DNA from: Acanthaster planci
Lineage: Eukaryota
Assembly: GCF_001949145.1 (NCBI RefSeq)
Contig: NW_019091360.1
Span: forward strand, 1,086,529-1,150,528
Direction: 5' to 3'
DNA: 64,000 nt
The translations under genes were made by a program, and so were the position numbers. The notes below the pieces were generated by a model. The model did no database searches. It worked only from the letters and a program-made list of their open reading frames with translations, and was not told the DNA's origin. Below are positions 43,259 to 54,591 of this stretch, one piece after another (position 1 is the stretch's first letter; every line of letters begins with the position of its first letter).

Positions 43259-43772
43259 CTGCCACAAAATATCAGATTAAACACAGAAACAAATATTTTC
43301 TTTTCTTTTTGACGATCCATCTTTGTTCAATTCAAAAAGGCCTCCGAGAGATGGTGCTCACATGCTGAACTTCTGGAAATTACCCCTAAAAATGAGAATT
43401 TCTTACACAGAAAACATCAGGTCATTAAAATGTATTTTGTGACAGTGCGCTGCATGGTTATTACAATCCTGCACAAACTCAGATTAATTCTGTATAAAAT
43501 TTTCAATTATCTCTCTCCAATTATTGATTCAGCCAGAAGTACATATACCTTAATATCCTCTCAAAAGTAAACCTCTTCTGTTTAAGGAAACTCTGTTTTG
43601 TCAAATGCTCTACAACAAACCAGTACTTCCTTCTTTTTGCCAGAACTTTTGACAAAAAACAGGAAATATGGATTTACTAACAAAACTTCCCAGCTACTTA
43701 ATAATTGGTACAGATTAATGCTTTCTTTGGGAATTGTTACTGTTGTGGTTTTCCTGTAACTTTATGGCATAC

Positions 43773-43847
43773 CTTGCGAAAATCTCCCGCCTCAAATGCT
43801 TTGTGGCCATCTTGGTCGTGATGTTGGACCAGCTTAGCAGCCCTCAA
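43773..43847 (-). CDS. DNAJC7: DNAJC7 exon 5
   Basis: LRAAKLVQHHDQDGHKAFEAGDFRK; catag / gtatgc; 75 bp. Confidence 0.92.
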
Positions 43848-44035
43848 CTATGAGGGAAAAAAAAAGCAACAAGTAAAACATGACTACAACTTTGGTGATC
43901 TTGATGTCGCAGCAAAAGTGAACTTGGCGAGGCCAAAATTTTGGAGACTTTTATCCTGCTTGGAATCTCCCGAGGCCTACGCAAATCCGCATGGAACAAG
44001 TAAAGAAAGAAAAGTGACATTGCCATGAACTGTAC

Positions 44036-44149
44036 CTCTGACTGAGCTTGCTTATTTTGTGGCTCAAAGTCTGCCACGTGGTTGAGTGAGCGAATGGCAG
44101 CGTCTGCTGATCCTAATGCTAGGTGGCATTTAGCTTCTCGCAAATAACC
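44036..44149 (-). CDS. DNAJC7: DNAJC7 exon 4
   Basis: GYLREAKCHLALGSADAAIRSLNHVADFEPQNKQAQSE; 114 bp. Confidence 0.94.
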
Positions 44150-44740
44150 CTGGAATGAAAAAAAAAGAAGAGCACTCATTTTTTAAACAAATTTTTGACG
44201 TAATAAACTTAGACTCTTTGTGAGAGGTTTAATTTTTGGTTGAACAAGCCCAACTTTTGAACCAAAAGGCTAAGGTTTATCGGCAGGCTGTTAAAATCAA
44301 GCAAATGCCACAGATGCTGATTACTGGGAGTTGATTTGTGCAACAGTAAGATATTCCTCACTGTAACTTCACCACTGCAACTGTGATAAACTGTACTAGT
44401 AACGATTTATAACAGTGCATTTCATGCCTTTACAATCTATATCATTCACAATTGACTAAATTAGATCTCACAAATTCCACCATGATTCAGCCATCTTTTA
44501 AGTTTTCAAGGGTGGGGCACAATGATTTATGGCAACCAAATATGTTTGAAGTACGGTATAACAAACATATTACAGTTTAATTTGGGTGGATTATTCGTGT
44601 TTGCTCCCCTCGGATTTAGAAAATGACAAACTAGTTTCCCCTCGAGAATTAGTCCGTCAACTTCCAACACCTTGGCTATCAAACTGCCCTCAAACCATGT
44701 GATATTTGTATACTGAGTAGACTGTGTTGCTTTATCTCAC

Positions 44741-44865
44741 CTTGACTAGCGTGTTGTCTAATGTCAGAGCTCGTTGGACATCTTCAAGTCCTTGTTGGTA
44801 TTTATCTTGCATGATGAACGCAGCTGCCCTATTGTTGTAGTAACTGGCACAGTCTGGACATATGT
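44741..44865 (-). CDS. DNAJC7: DNAJC7 exon 3
   Basis: DICPDCASYYNNRAAAFIMQDKYQQGLEDVQRALTLDNTLVK; 125 bp. Confidence 0.94.
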
Positions 44866-46076
44866 CTGGTGAAAGGAAAGAGGAAGTGGCATCTTGTAAA
44901 ATCAAGACGCTGTGAATTACTGATTTTGATAGTCCAAAATCTACCACTTTGCAGGAAACCGATGGCAACAAGGCCTATTTACGAAGATAGTAACTGGGTT
45001 CTTTATTCCTAACTCCTGCAAAACTCTCCAGAATCATGTGGAATTTGAAGAATCTGGGGTTAACATTGCTCAAAAACATCCAATTCAAACCAACTTGCCT
45101 AAATTCAAGGGACAAATGATATCGGGAACAAGAGATGGTGTGTTTTTACATAGCAATGATGTCCATTTGGTAGGGAAACACTGCATGCATGCGCAGGTTC
45201 ATGCAAGCCTGGCAAATGATTGCTGTGGGAATGTACAGTGTTTGAGTGTGCACCAGGCACATGCATAACTTCTGATTAAAAAAGAGCTCCACCAGCTAGT
45301 CCCTTCTTTGCTGATGGTGGGCTATTTGTAATCAGAGCAGATATCAAAGACAAGTAGCTATCAAAGACCTGATAGTTTTGTGGGTCACTTAATGACAAAT
45401 AATCAGCCAGCTCACCCGGGAACTACAAATCACACTATGTTATGAAAGAATGTATCCGTTAAGATCATGTTTTGAAAGTCTGTTCCTTGGACGGCAACAT
45501 GCAATATGACAGAAGGGAATGTGTTCTGATTAACAGTGTCAATCTCAATATAAAATTTAAAAAACCTTGAGGTTTTATGGATTCTAATAGATTTCAGGAA
45601 TGTTCACACTTTGCTGCCCTCACCTATGAAGTTAAGTGTAAATCACAGCACATGTCCATGATTTTGCAAATGCTATGTTCACAATGTAATAGACATCTTA
45701 CCCTTGAAGACGTTTGCTGATTTCAGTATTTTTTAGTCTACTGTTGGGCATCTGAATGGAAAATACCCAAAAGGTTTTACTAATGTTTGAGACGACTGTA
45801 ATCCAGTAAAACACAACTTTATGTATCCATGGACAAAAGGGACCTTTTTCGGTGAATTATAGAATCTTCTTGTGCTTGCCACAGTTAAGATTGATGGTAT
45901 CTGATAAATTGCTAAGGTGGTTTATCAAAAGAAAACCTCCAGGTTCAAATATGCCTGGAGAGAGTCACTGTAGTTTGCTCATAAGCATAGAACACAGCCA
46001 ACACATTGTGACCAGGTTTAAAAGCACACACTGAACAGCTCAGGTAAAGTTGACGTATATCTGTGAAGCAACTAAC

Positions 46077-46165
46077 CGATTGCTTCTGTGTAGAGTCGGA
46101 TGGCTGCCTCATAGTCTCCATTCTTGTAACTGGTGTTGCCTTCGTTCTTCTTTGCTTCAGCGACG
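46077..46165 (-). CDS. DNAJC7: DNAJC7 exon 2
   Basis: DVAEAKKNEGNTSYKNGDYEAAIRLYTEAI; tttcag / gttagt; 89 bp. Confidence 0.93.
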
Positions 46166-46885
46166 CTGAAATGCAAAAAAAGGACAGTACATGTACTTTA
46201 AGATGGTGGTTGGAGGGGTACATGCAGCTATGTCATAGGTCACTGCTTTCTTGACACAGTGAGAGGACACCGGTAATTCCAAAAATCAAGTCAGTGTAGG
46301 ATAACGGTGTCAGGAGCTTAATACACTCCGTTTGACTCCATTTTTCTAAAATTGGAAGAGGAAAGTTCCAAGACCCTAAAACTTACATAAACCATCTACA
46401 TGTAACTGGCATATCTGAGACGGCAACTTGTTATGCTCAACAAGGCTACACTGTCAAGGACATTTTGTACATGTATGTTGACAAAATTTTGTTTATGCAC
46501 ACAGCCTATGTGTATATCCATAACCCATTAGAATGCCTACTTTTATTATGTTATCTTATGATATGGCTGGTCATAACAACGATCATGAATGATGCTAAGG
46601 AATGAGGCAGCAGCTCCACAATCGGATCAGGTACCGGATCAGGTATGGGTAATGAATTATGCGAGGTCTCTCTGCCTAATGAATTAAGGAGTGACACTGA
46701 ATACTGTACTACAACAGGCCTAAGCCCAGGCCTGTGCCATGTATGCAGTGGTCTACAATATTACTTTGCATCAAGAGGATTCACGCACACAGACTTTATT
46801 TTTTACCAATTTATTTCTGTTCATCTGACGGCACATTTAGCACCAAATACAGGATTAAGTGACAATTGAAGAAATGTTCATTCTT

Positions 46886-47043
46886 TGCGGTGGGAGGGAA
46901 ACCTTGGTTAAATATTCCAAATATCCACGGAGTCAGGTACATGTAGGGACTGAAAACCCAATCCACATGTTGCCCTACACGTAGGTGGGATTCGAACCCG
47001 GGCTGCAGATGTGGAAGGGGAGAAAACGCCAACCTGTCTCCCC
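46886..47043 (-). mobile_element. tRNA-derived SINE family A copy
   Basis: Minus-strand box B ggttcgaatccc (46988-46999) and core acatgtggattgggttttcagtccctac. Confidence 0.75.
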
Positions 47044-47189
47044 ACCTGGTCACAAGCAAGAGAGGCATTCGAATACTTCCTTCTCACGCATGCCATGACT
47101 CAAGGAATTTTAAGCTTAACCGAATGAAAAAAATGAGTAAGAGAATAGCCAGTTTTGACACCAGTAAGATTGTAATATAGGCCCATTAA

Positions 47190-47426
47190 GTTGGGTGTAA
47201 TCGGCCAGTATGCGTAATCACCCGATCTTTGCACAATCAGTTGATCTTACTGCATGATTTGTTGATTCCGCCATCAACTAATTGCCTTTTCTCCGCATCT
47301 TAATTCTTTCTGCGCAAGATTGTTTCAAAAAGGGAAGTTTTATGTAAGTTTGAGATTAAATGCAGGATTGACCAAATCACGTAGAAAGATCAGGCAATTG
47401 TGCAGATCGGCTGAACATGCCTAACA
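47190..47426. mobile_element. Degenerate MITE
   Basis: cgatctttgcacaatcagttgatcttactgcatgatttg is inverted against caaatcacgtagaaagatcaggcaattgtgcagatcg. Confidence 0.55.
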
Positions 47427-47429
47427 TCT

Positions 47430-48071
47430 GTACCCGGTTTTACTGAACTTGACCATTTACCAACTCGACTTGGGAAAACTTGACCATTGAGACAACTCAA
47501 CCATTTACTAAGTTGTCTGATAAGACCGTGCCGGGAGTGAACAAGACAGGGTGCAGGGCAATAAACACAAACTGTATGTGTTTGGACAAAATTGTGTGTA
47601 TCTTGTCACAATGTGACTCGACTCGCAGGGCATGACGTGTGCAGGGACCCGGTGATGTGGCATGCACAGGGACCCGTGGGTGGCGCACAGGCCGCCCCAA
47701 CCCTCATGGTGCGAGGCTGCGATGGCAATCGGCATGTACGGTGGCATGCCGCACCATCAACGGAGCACGGGTACGCAAGTCGCACTGATGAACAGTTGCT
47801 ACTGTGTTAGTTTGCCAGTTTTTCGAGACGGTACATCTCTCAATCCTTCTACTCTTTTTAATTTGGAGAAAAGGGGTGGGTGAAGTGACTGTAAAGCACT
47901 TGCACACTCATTACGAGCTAACTTGTCTCAATCAATGACTTGTACAAGTGGTTGAGTTGATTGTCCATTTGAGGCACAGATGTTCGAGTTGTCCCACTGG
48001 TCGAGTTGTCCCACCGATTGAATTGTCTAAACGGTCGAGTTGATTTGCTAGATGGTCGACGAGCCCCGTAC
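47430..48071. mobile_element. Non-autonomous DNA transposon with AACTYGACCA subterminal repeats
   Basis: Tandem aacttgacca/aactcgac on the left, ggtcgagtt tandems on the right, gtac at both ends, GC/CpG-rich interior. Confidence 0.65.
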
Positions 48072-48774
48072 CTTTACAACGCAACAGGATCCTACTTCTT
48101 GTGTTTCTAGGTCTATGGTAGGGAAATGAATAAATGAGCGAGGGCGCTTTTTATTTGGAAACTCATTTTCTTAAATGGGCAACTGTGATTAAAATTTGGC
48201 TTTTTATGCACGCTGTATAGTTCCTCTATTTAATTTCCTATTTCAAAATTTTTGAAATTTAAAGTAACGCTAGCATTTGATTCACAAATAAGAAAAAAGA
48301 TTTTACAAAAACATAAATCTTAAGCTTTTCAGTTAAAATCCACACTTATTTTTGTGTACAAAATCAGTTCGCTCTGCATTACACGACATGCACAAAAACA
48401 TCTCAAAACATCCACACTTAAAATTGACTTTTCTTTGCTTTGCAGAGTACGATGGAATCCAAATTAATATCAAAATATTTCTTAGGACATCTTCTTCAAG
48501 ATAACATCCAAAATAAAACAGAAAAATATGCAAAATCTCATTAGCCTCTCTATTGCATAGGTGTCCTTAGTCCATGCTCTATCTGGTCATGCATGTCAGG
48601 AAAGTCCCAACGTGAAATTAACGTTAGACAACGTGTGGTTCACACAACCTTCACTAGAAGACGACCAGATGTTAATACAATAAATTTCGATACATTCCAG
48701 TTCAACTGATTTCATGTGAATTATTCTCCATTGTGAATATAAAGCCTTAAGTTCCGTAACAATAAAAACCTTAC

Positions 48775-48815
48775 TCTTCATTAATTTCCATGCGATTTTC
48801 GGTGGAGTTTTCCAT
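48775..48815 (-). CDS. DNAJC7: DNAJC7 exon 1 (MENSTENRMEINE)
   Basis: aaacATGG start context, GA|gtaagg donor; phase 2 matches exon 2. Confidence 0.8.
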
Positions 48816-49095
48816 GTTTTCCGTGTCACGTTTGGCAATGCGTGCCACCTACACGATGGATACCCTTCGTCACTCTGTGGGTTATACTACTATGTACAGA
48901 GGGATGTTTGGAATTGATTTTAAGAAAATATTTGACTTCTGTGACATTTTCAGTCGTGTTTCAACATACAAAGTAATTTTTTAGACTAAAAACAGTATTT
49001 ATGTAAATAACAATAAATTATATACACACTTTTTTACAAGTGCCATCGATTTTGAAATTAAATGAAACCCCTATACCTAAATTCAACTTAGCCTA

Positions 49096-49110
49096 CTTCT
49101 AGAAATTTCG
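49096..49110. promoter_or_regulatory. Heat shock element (three inverted nGAAn units)
   Basis: cTTCtaGAAatTTCg is a perfect TTCnnGAAnnTTC, about 280 bp upstream of the DNAJC7 ATG. Confidence 0.6.
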
Positions 49111-49859
49111 GTTATCGTATAATAAAAATGTCGGGAAAAGGTTACAAAATCCGGAATGGATGAATTTCACCACAACAACTGCTGCAGTTGAAATATTCTA
49201 AAGTAGTTTACGACATAACGCCCATTTCTATAGCTATATAGCTAGTAAAATTTTGACGAACTGCAGGGAACATGATATGATCATTTCCCGGTTTCAATTC
49301 ACCGGAAGTGCGATTGGCCCACCAGAAGTTAAGGAAGAACTCAGTTAATGAAAAAAGTATTGTATGTTTTTCCTCTATCCATACCATGATGCATTGTAAC
49401 TGTTGAATGATGCCCCGTGTATGCACTTGGAATGATAAAACTTTTCTGATTCCACTCGAATAATTACTAGTATAGGGCTACATGTAGTTTGATCCATGGA
49501 GATACATATGAGGTAAGGAAACTGTCCCTGCTCTATAGTATTTTCTTCATGCATCATTGCATGCCTCGAGAAGCCGGCCACTCAGGCGGAAAATGCTGAA
49601 ACGTTAAATGTTGTAAAAAAGAAGCATACAAAACCAACTGACTCGACCGAAATAGCGCACGTTAATTAATTAAAATCAAATACACACAATACTTCAGCGC
49701 ATGAGAGAGCTGAGATGCACAGATCTACAATGACTTTATCTGTGCTGTGAGCCGCTGGTGGACAAAATGAGGGCGCTGTGCCGCTGGGACAGTCACTTTA
49801 CTGGTTCCCATTCTCTTATACGGTACCTAAACACGTTACATTTATACTTGCGAAGCAGA

Positions 49860-50051
49860 CAAAGTACCAGCGTGATACATAGCAACAGCCTGACAGCAGC
49901 GTGCGAGTAATTCTGTTCAGTACGCATACGGTATGTAGCCATGGCTGACGTTGCTTTGGCATTGTAATGTTTACAGAATAAAAACTTGTGAAAATTTATT
50001 TTTTACAAATGCATTGAAAGCCATCACTTACCCTAGTTTAAGATTGTTCAG
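49860..50051 (+). other. ODAD2: Probable non-coding first exon of ODAD2 (5' end approximate)
   Basis: Consensus donor CAG|gtaagt at 50051/50052; acceptor ...acaaacag at 51304, upstream of the ATG at 51358. Confidence 0.55.
49873..49974. promoter_or_regulatory. Cluster of RFX X-box-like motifs and a forkhead motif at the ODAD2 promoter/first exon
   Basis: TGATACATAGCAAC (49873-49886), GTAGCCATGGCTGAC (49935-49949), TGTTTAC (49968-49974). RFX and FOXJ1 are established regulators of motile-cilia genes. Confidence 0.55.
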
Positions 50052-50701
50052 GTAAGTAAAATGGTTTAACAACAAGCTTTGTGTTAAAGTGGAAATCCCT
50101 TTTAGAACTCAATTACGTAGGCCTAGGCCTTGAGCTTTTAAAAATGCTACAAATTTTGTACCCAAGCCTGCAAATACTGGACGGGTGATTTTGCACAATG
50201 CCTTTTCTACCATTGTGCAAAATAAACCATGCAGCTTTTGCGATAAGGCTGTAGTCATGGTGGGTTGGCCTAGGCCTAGTCCCAGTAATTTGGACCCTAC
50301 AATTTACAATACAAATCGCCTTTTTTAACATTTGGACATGGTTGATTGATAGTAGGGTTCAAGTGCCTTCCATAGGCTTTTGCTTCCATTAATTTGTTTC
50401 ACTCAAAATAGCTTGTATCCCGAATCCAAATCCTCCAAATTCACCTCCACAAGGGTCCTTAAACATGTTAAACTGTCTAGTAGGCCTAATTAATACTCCT
50501 GGCTTAGGATCAAGTGAGAATCGAAGATTCCAGTAGACGTAATAATGGTAACGTTTACTCACATTTGTGAAGAAAAGAGAAATTTTCCCCTCAAATCGGA
50601 AACGGTCTTGTCTTTGAGTGTGATGTCACCATCTCTTTTTTCAAATAGTGATTTGAACTGTATGTTGATGTCCTGGAGATGACATTGTGGTGCACCGATC
50701 T

Positions 50702-50893
50702 CTAGTAGGGAACTATTCACAAAAAGCATGCCGTGTTGGCACACAAGCACCCATGACTGATTCCCAAGGACTGCAATGTCCATTGTACAGTGTTGATGCG
50801 ATCACAGCTACCGGACTTACGGCACTCGGGAATCAGTTGTCGGCACGCGTGTGCCGACAAAGCATGCTTTTTGTGAAGAGTCCTCTTAACTAG
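50702..50893. mobile_element. Hairpin MITE in ODAD2 intron 1
   Basis: Arms of about 80 bp: ttcacaaaaagcatgc...ggcacac...actgattccc vs gggaatcagt...gtgtgcc...gcatgctttttgtgaa; ctag at both ends. Confidence 0.75.
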
Positions 50894-51357
50894 CATTTAT
50901 AGCTTAGTTTGTAAATGTTTCAGTGTCTAAAACTCTGTAGTCTCTCAAGAATCAGACAGGGACACGGTTGCTAGCTGAGGAACTCTTTCTCCCCTAAACA
51001 CAGGTCCGACCGCATGCATTGCGTAGAAGTTGTACGGGATAGCTTTGCCAGGCATTTGTACATTAGTGAACAGATACAGGGAGAAAAGCACTCAGTCCGT
51101 TGTGATGTGCAGTCAATGAATAGCCCATGCTGAGTGTGAAATTTTAGTTCAAGTTTAGTGTAAAATTTACACTAAATTTGAACTACAAATTATTTAATAA
51201 GAGTAGGCCTTCCGGTACAAAGTGTCCATGGTATCAACCTGTCCAGATGCAATGCTTTAATCAGATGTGTTTCTCCATTATTTTTGTTCGGTTTTGACAA
51301 ACAGGAAAGACAGTGCAAGATCAGTGACTGAATTTTCACTCGTAAGCCACCAGCACT

Positions 51358-51584
51358 ATGGGCCAAACTTTGGCACGGGCCGCCCAGTGGACTTCCGTCA
51401 GCGAAGGGGGAGAGGGCAAGTTGGAATTCAACCGGGCCAATGAGATCCTGCTGAACAGCTTCATCCGCTTTGTGGAGGCCTTCCCTTCCAAGCACCCTCA
51501 AGAGGCTGCCCTTGTGTTCAAGACGCCACTGGTGTGGAAGACAGTGCTGGATACTTCTGAATTTAGTGGGGACTACGAGCGAAG
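51358..51584 (+). CDS. ODAD2: ODAD2 coding exon 1
   Basis: ATG 51358; AG|gtagat donor. Confidence 0.92.
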
Positions 51585-52187
51585 GTAGATCACTTGAACA
51601 TTTGAGAGCTTGTAGCCTAGAGGTTACTGCAATTTGTTTACTGCAATTTGTCAAAATTATCCGATTTTGGGGTTTGTGATTTACTTTGTGTATCATTCCA
51701 CAAACTTGTGTTTTTTAAGATCACTGCATTGAGAAAAAAAACAAGAAAAATGCAGTTTATTTTTAACCCTCGGAGTGCAGCTCTTTTAACTTGTCTTTGA
51801 AAAATCCATGGGCCACAGGACGTTCCCAAGTGCATGTACAATGCACAGGCGTGGCTGACCTGCCGACCTGCAGTCACTGCGCGACCACTGTACATCTACA
51901 TGTTCATGTGCATGATCAACCACACAGTCATTGTTTGCCCTCCGAACATACATACGTCGGTCAAAACCCTCTACACGCTGTCAGTGCCCAGCATAAACAC
52001 TTCATAAATAAACAATATGGAAACTATCCTTGCATTTTGGGCATGAAAGTTACTGTTATTGGAAAAACAGAAAGCTAAATGTCTTGAAATGAAATACATA
52101 TCTGTGCAGTAACCGCTCAGTCCTTTTGCAGATGTCACATGGAGTGTGCGTAACTGTGTATCAACAGCTTTGGTTTTTATTTAACAG

Positions 52188-52360
52188 CAATGATGGATTG
52201 TGTTCCAAAGTCAAAGACAAGAATGACCAGCCCTTGTTGCTTGTTGAGAAGCTGGGTGAGCTGAACCACAAAGTCCATGTGTCTACGCTAGGAGAACTGA
52301 GCAATCTGCTGAAGGCCATAGGCAACAAGAAGATGGCAGAGGCTAGGGCCATCTTGGAAG
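52188..52360 (+). CDS. ODAD2: ODAD2 coding exon 2
   Basis: NDGLCSKVKDKNDQPLLLVE...ARAILE; ttaacag / gtatga. Confidence 0.9.
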
Positions 52361-52482
52361 GTATGATACCAACTTAGTGTCCCTTGATTTGATTTGAAGG
52401 AAGAGGTAATCAGGCAGGAGCCATACATTTTGACTCAATAACAGAAAAGCACATCTTACTTATTTTATTGTTATCCTGTGCA

Positions 52483-52745
52483 TAGTGGCTGGGTGGTTAA
52501 GAGTTGGTGGCTCCTGATCATAGGGTAGAGGGTTCAAATCAATCCAGAGGGGAGGGATCAAGTCACTTTACCTCTTAACCTCTCTACACCTGAGGGTAAC
52601 AGGTACCTTTGATGAGGGGAAGATGGTTGTCATGTTGAGCCCTTTGTGTCTGGGTTGATGGCATTGAGCTCTAAATTCCCCAGGGAGTGGAGATGGTTTC
52701 AGGAACGTTCAGATGTTGTGAGCTTGATGAACATGGAACATCAGT
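52483..52745 (+). mobile_element. SINE family B copy with tRNA-like head
   Basis: Box A-like tggctgggtgg, box B-like ggttcaaatc, body homologous to 15588-15822. Confidence 0.7.
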
Positions 52746-53069
52746 ACCTTTGAATGACAGATTGTCATGTCATTAATATAAAGTCCTTATTGAAAAATCT
52801 TGCATTAAGTATGAAATTGGGCACGAAGAATTGGTAAAATTTAAGTCTATTGGTCCCCAAACTGTTTGTTCAAATAAAGTAGTTCCACAGTAGTTCCAAA
52901 CATGATCGGTTCCAATTTAGTATTTCTTTCTCTGTTAAAGTAAGGCCCTAAGAGTATTTGCCAAAAATCATGAGAGTGCCATAAAGACCTCGGTTTAAGT
53001 ACTGAGCAGACGAAATGATGTTAGTGTGCGCCTTATAAACGGTGTATTATTATTTTTCTCTGTCGACAG

Positions 53070-53277
53070 CTAACAGAGACCCCGTGGCCAAGATCCTCGG
53101 GGACGGCTTTGCCACAGTAGAAGGGGAGGATAACTCCACCCTGCGCTTACTGGAGCAGACCAGCAAGGAGGCGGGGGACACTACCGCCGAGGAGAACCAG
53201 ACTAAACTCCGCCTGCTGCTCCTGGCCCAGCAGTTTGACATGGAGCTGATGAGGAACAGCATCAAGGAGCTGTCGCA
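53070..53277 (+). CDS. ODAD2: ODAD2 coding exon 3
   Basis: ANRDPVAKILG...MRNSIKELS; gacag / gtaaga. Confidence 0.92.
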
Positions 53278-53888
53278 GTAAGACTTCTCTCTCTTGAATT
53301 TTGCTTCAAACCACATAAAAGCTGACTTAATTTGTTCATCTTTGGTGCCGTAAACACGTACTTCTTTATCTGTGGAAAAGGAAATTTATGTGAAAAATGC
53401 ATGTGCTGTGCACCGTATACATTGTAAGCACAAATCGAAGATCACACAAATCATGTTCATTAGTGGAATGCAATCAAAATTGTTTCTCAATTTGCCGTTG
53501 TATGAGGCGGTCTTGTAGTTGAGACCCCTTAGACCCTCACAAGATCCCCACAAGACCATCATTGGACCAACACAAGACCTCCATGATATGGTCTTAAACA
53601 GTATTTACAGTCTTGTGCAATTTTACTGAAACATCATGAAGGAACAAAGATTATCTTCCTTCCCAAAGATAACCTTTATTTCAAAAACTACCTTCCTTAA
53701 GAAAAAAAAAGTCATGTTAATCTTTTATTGCTCTATTGAAGCTTTTGTGGCAGTAAATCTTTGCAAAATTTATCTGTTTTTTTGTACAAGTGGTTGGGGG
53801 AGTCAAACCGCTCTTTTTTGATTAGATAGAAACATAAATGAGTTCTCTTGAATAAATGTTACCTGTCACATGAATATTCACCTTGCAG

Positions 53889-54132
53889 AGAAATCCGTCT
53901 GACACCTCAGCTGGTCAACAGTGAGATCCGCCTGCTGCAATCCTTCGCTGGCACAGACAGCAGCTGTGCCCTGGAGAGAATCCAGCACATCCTGGAGTAT
54001 GAGTTTGACAATGGCTGCCATGCCCCTCCCTGGAGGCAGGTCAATGGCGACATCTGCTACCTGCTCATCAAGCCCCTGGACGGGGACGAGGTGTCGGTCA
54101 CAGCCAACACTAGTGGCTGCTATGTCAACAAG
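53889..54132 (+). CDS. ODAD2: ODAD2 coding exon 4
   Basis: EIRLTPQLVNSEI...HAPPWRQVNGDICYL...GCYVNK. Confidence 0.93.
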
Positions 54133-54336
54133 GTTGGTAGATGAGGGAAAGGGCGAGGGGTTACTTACATGAGGGCAGCGATGTCTAGTCAAACTTTGTG
54201 TTACTTTTTCTTGCATGAGTGCTTTGATGAAACTCACTACAGAGTCTGTAGCATAGCATTGGCGCTCACAATACAGTTCACTTGGCCACTGTTGGACAAT
54301 TATGTTATTCAACAATTTTCATTTAACAATTTTCAG

Positions 54337-54591
54337 GGAGTTACCAGCAATCTGGATGAGTCCAACTTTGATCGTGAGGGTGAGACATTCAAGGATCTGG
54401 TCAGCCTCCTATCGGCCCAGAGCAGAAAATTCCGGGACATCATCAGCAGCAAAGAGTTTGCTCTACATGAAGAGAAGAAAACGGAACAGCTGAATGCATA
54501 CGAGGATGCCCATGTGGACGACGAGCCTGACAAACCAATGGAGAAGGAGAAAGCAAAGGAGGAGAAAGAAGAGAAGGTCATCAAGGAAAAG
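54337..54591 (+). CDS. ODAD2: ODAD2 coding exon 5
   Basis: GVTSNLDESNFDREGETFKDLVSLLS...KVIKEK; an in-frame alternative donor 15 nt earlier is possible. Confidence 0.88.

Larger units (their letters stand above)
35014..48815 (-). other. DNAJC7: DnaJ homolog subfamily C member 7 (TPR2) gene, complete, 13 coding exons, 494 aa
   Basis: TPR repeats ([44 protein letters not shown]), C-terminal J-domain (KRKDYYKIL...HHPDRH...[13 protein letters not shown]) and G/F tail. Exon lengths sum to 1485 nt with consistent phases. Confidence 0.96.

Noticed and set aside
46960..47043. Apparent tRNA gene (GGTTCGAATCCC)
   Set aside because: No complete cloverleaf, and it is joined to a body shared with other dispersed copies, so it is a SINE head.
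48596..48838. 80-aa ORF MPNVTRKTW... as DNAJC7 start
   Set aside because: Wrong frame; the ATG at 48815 with the gtaag donor gives the phase required by exon 2.
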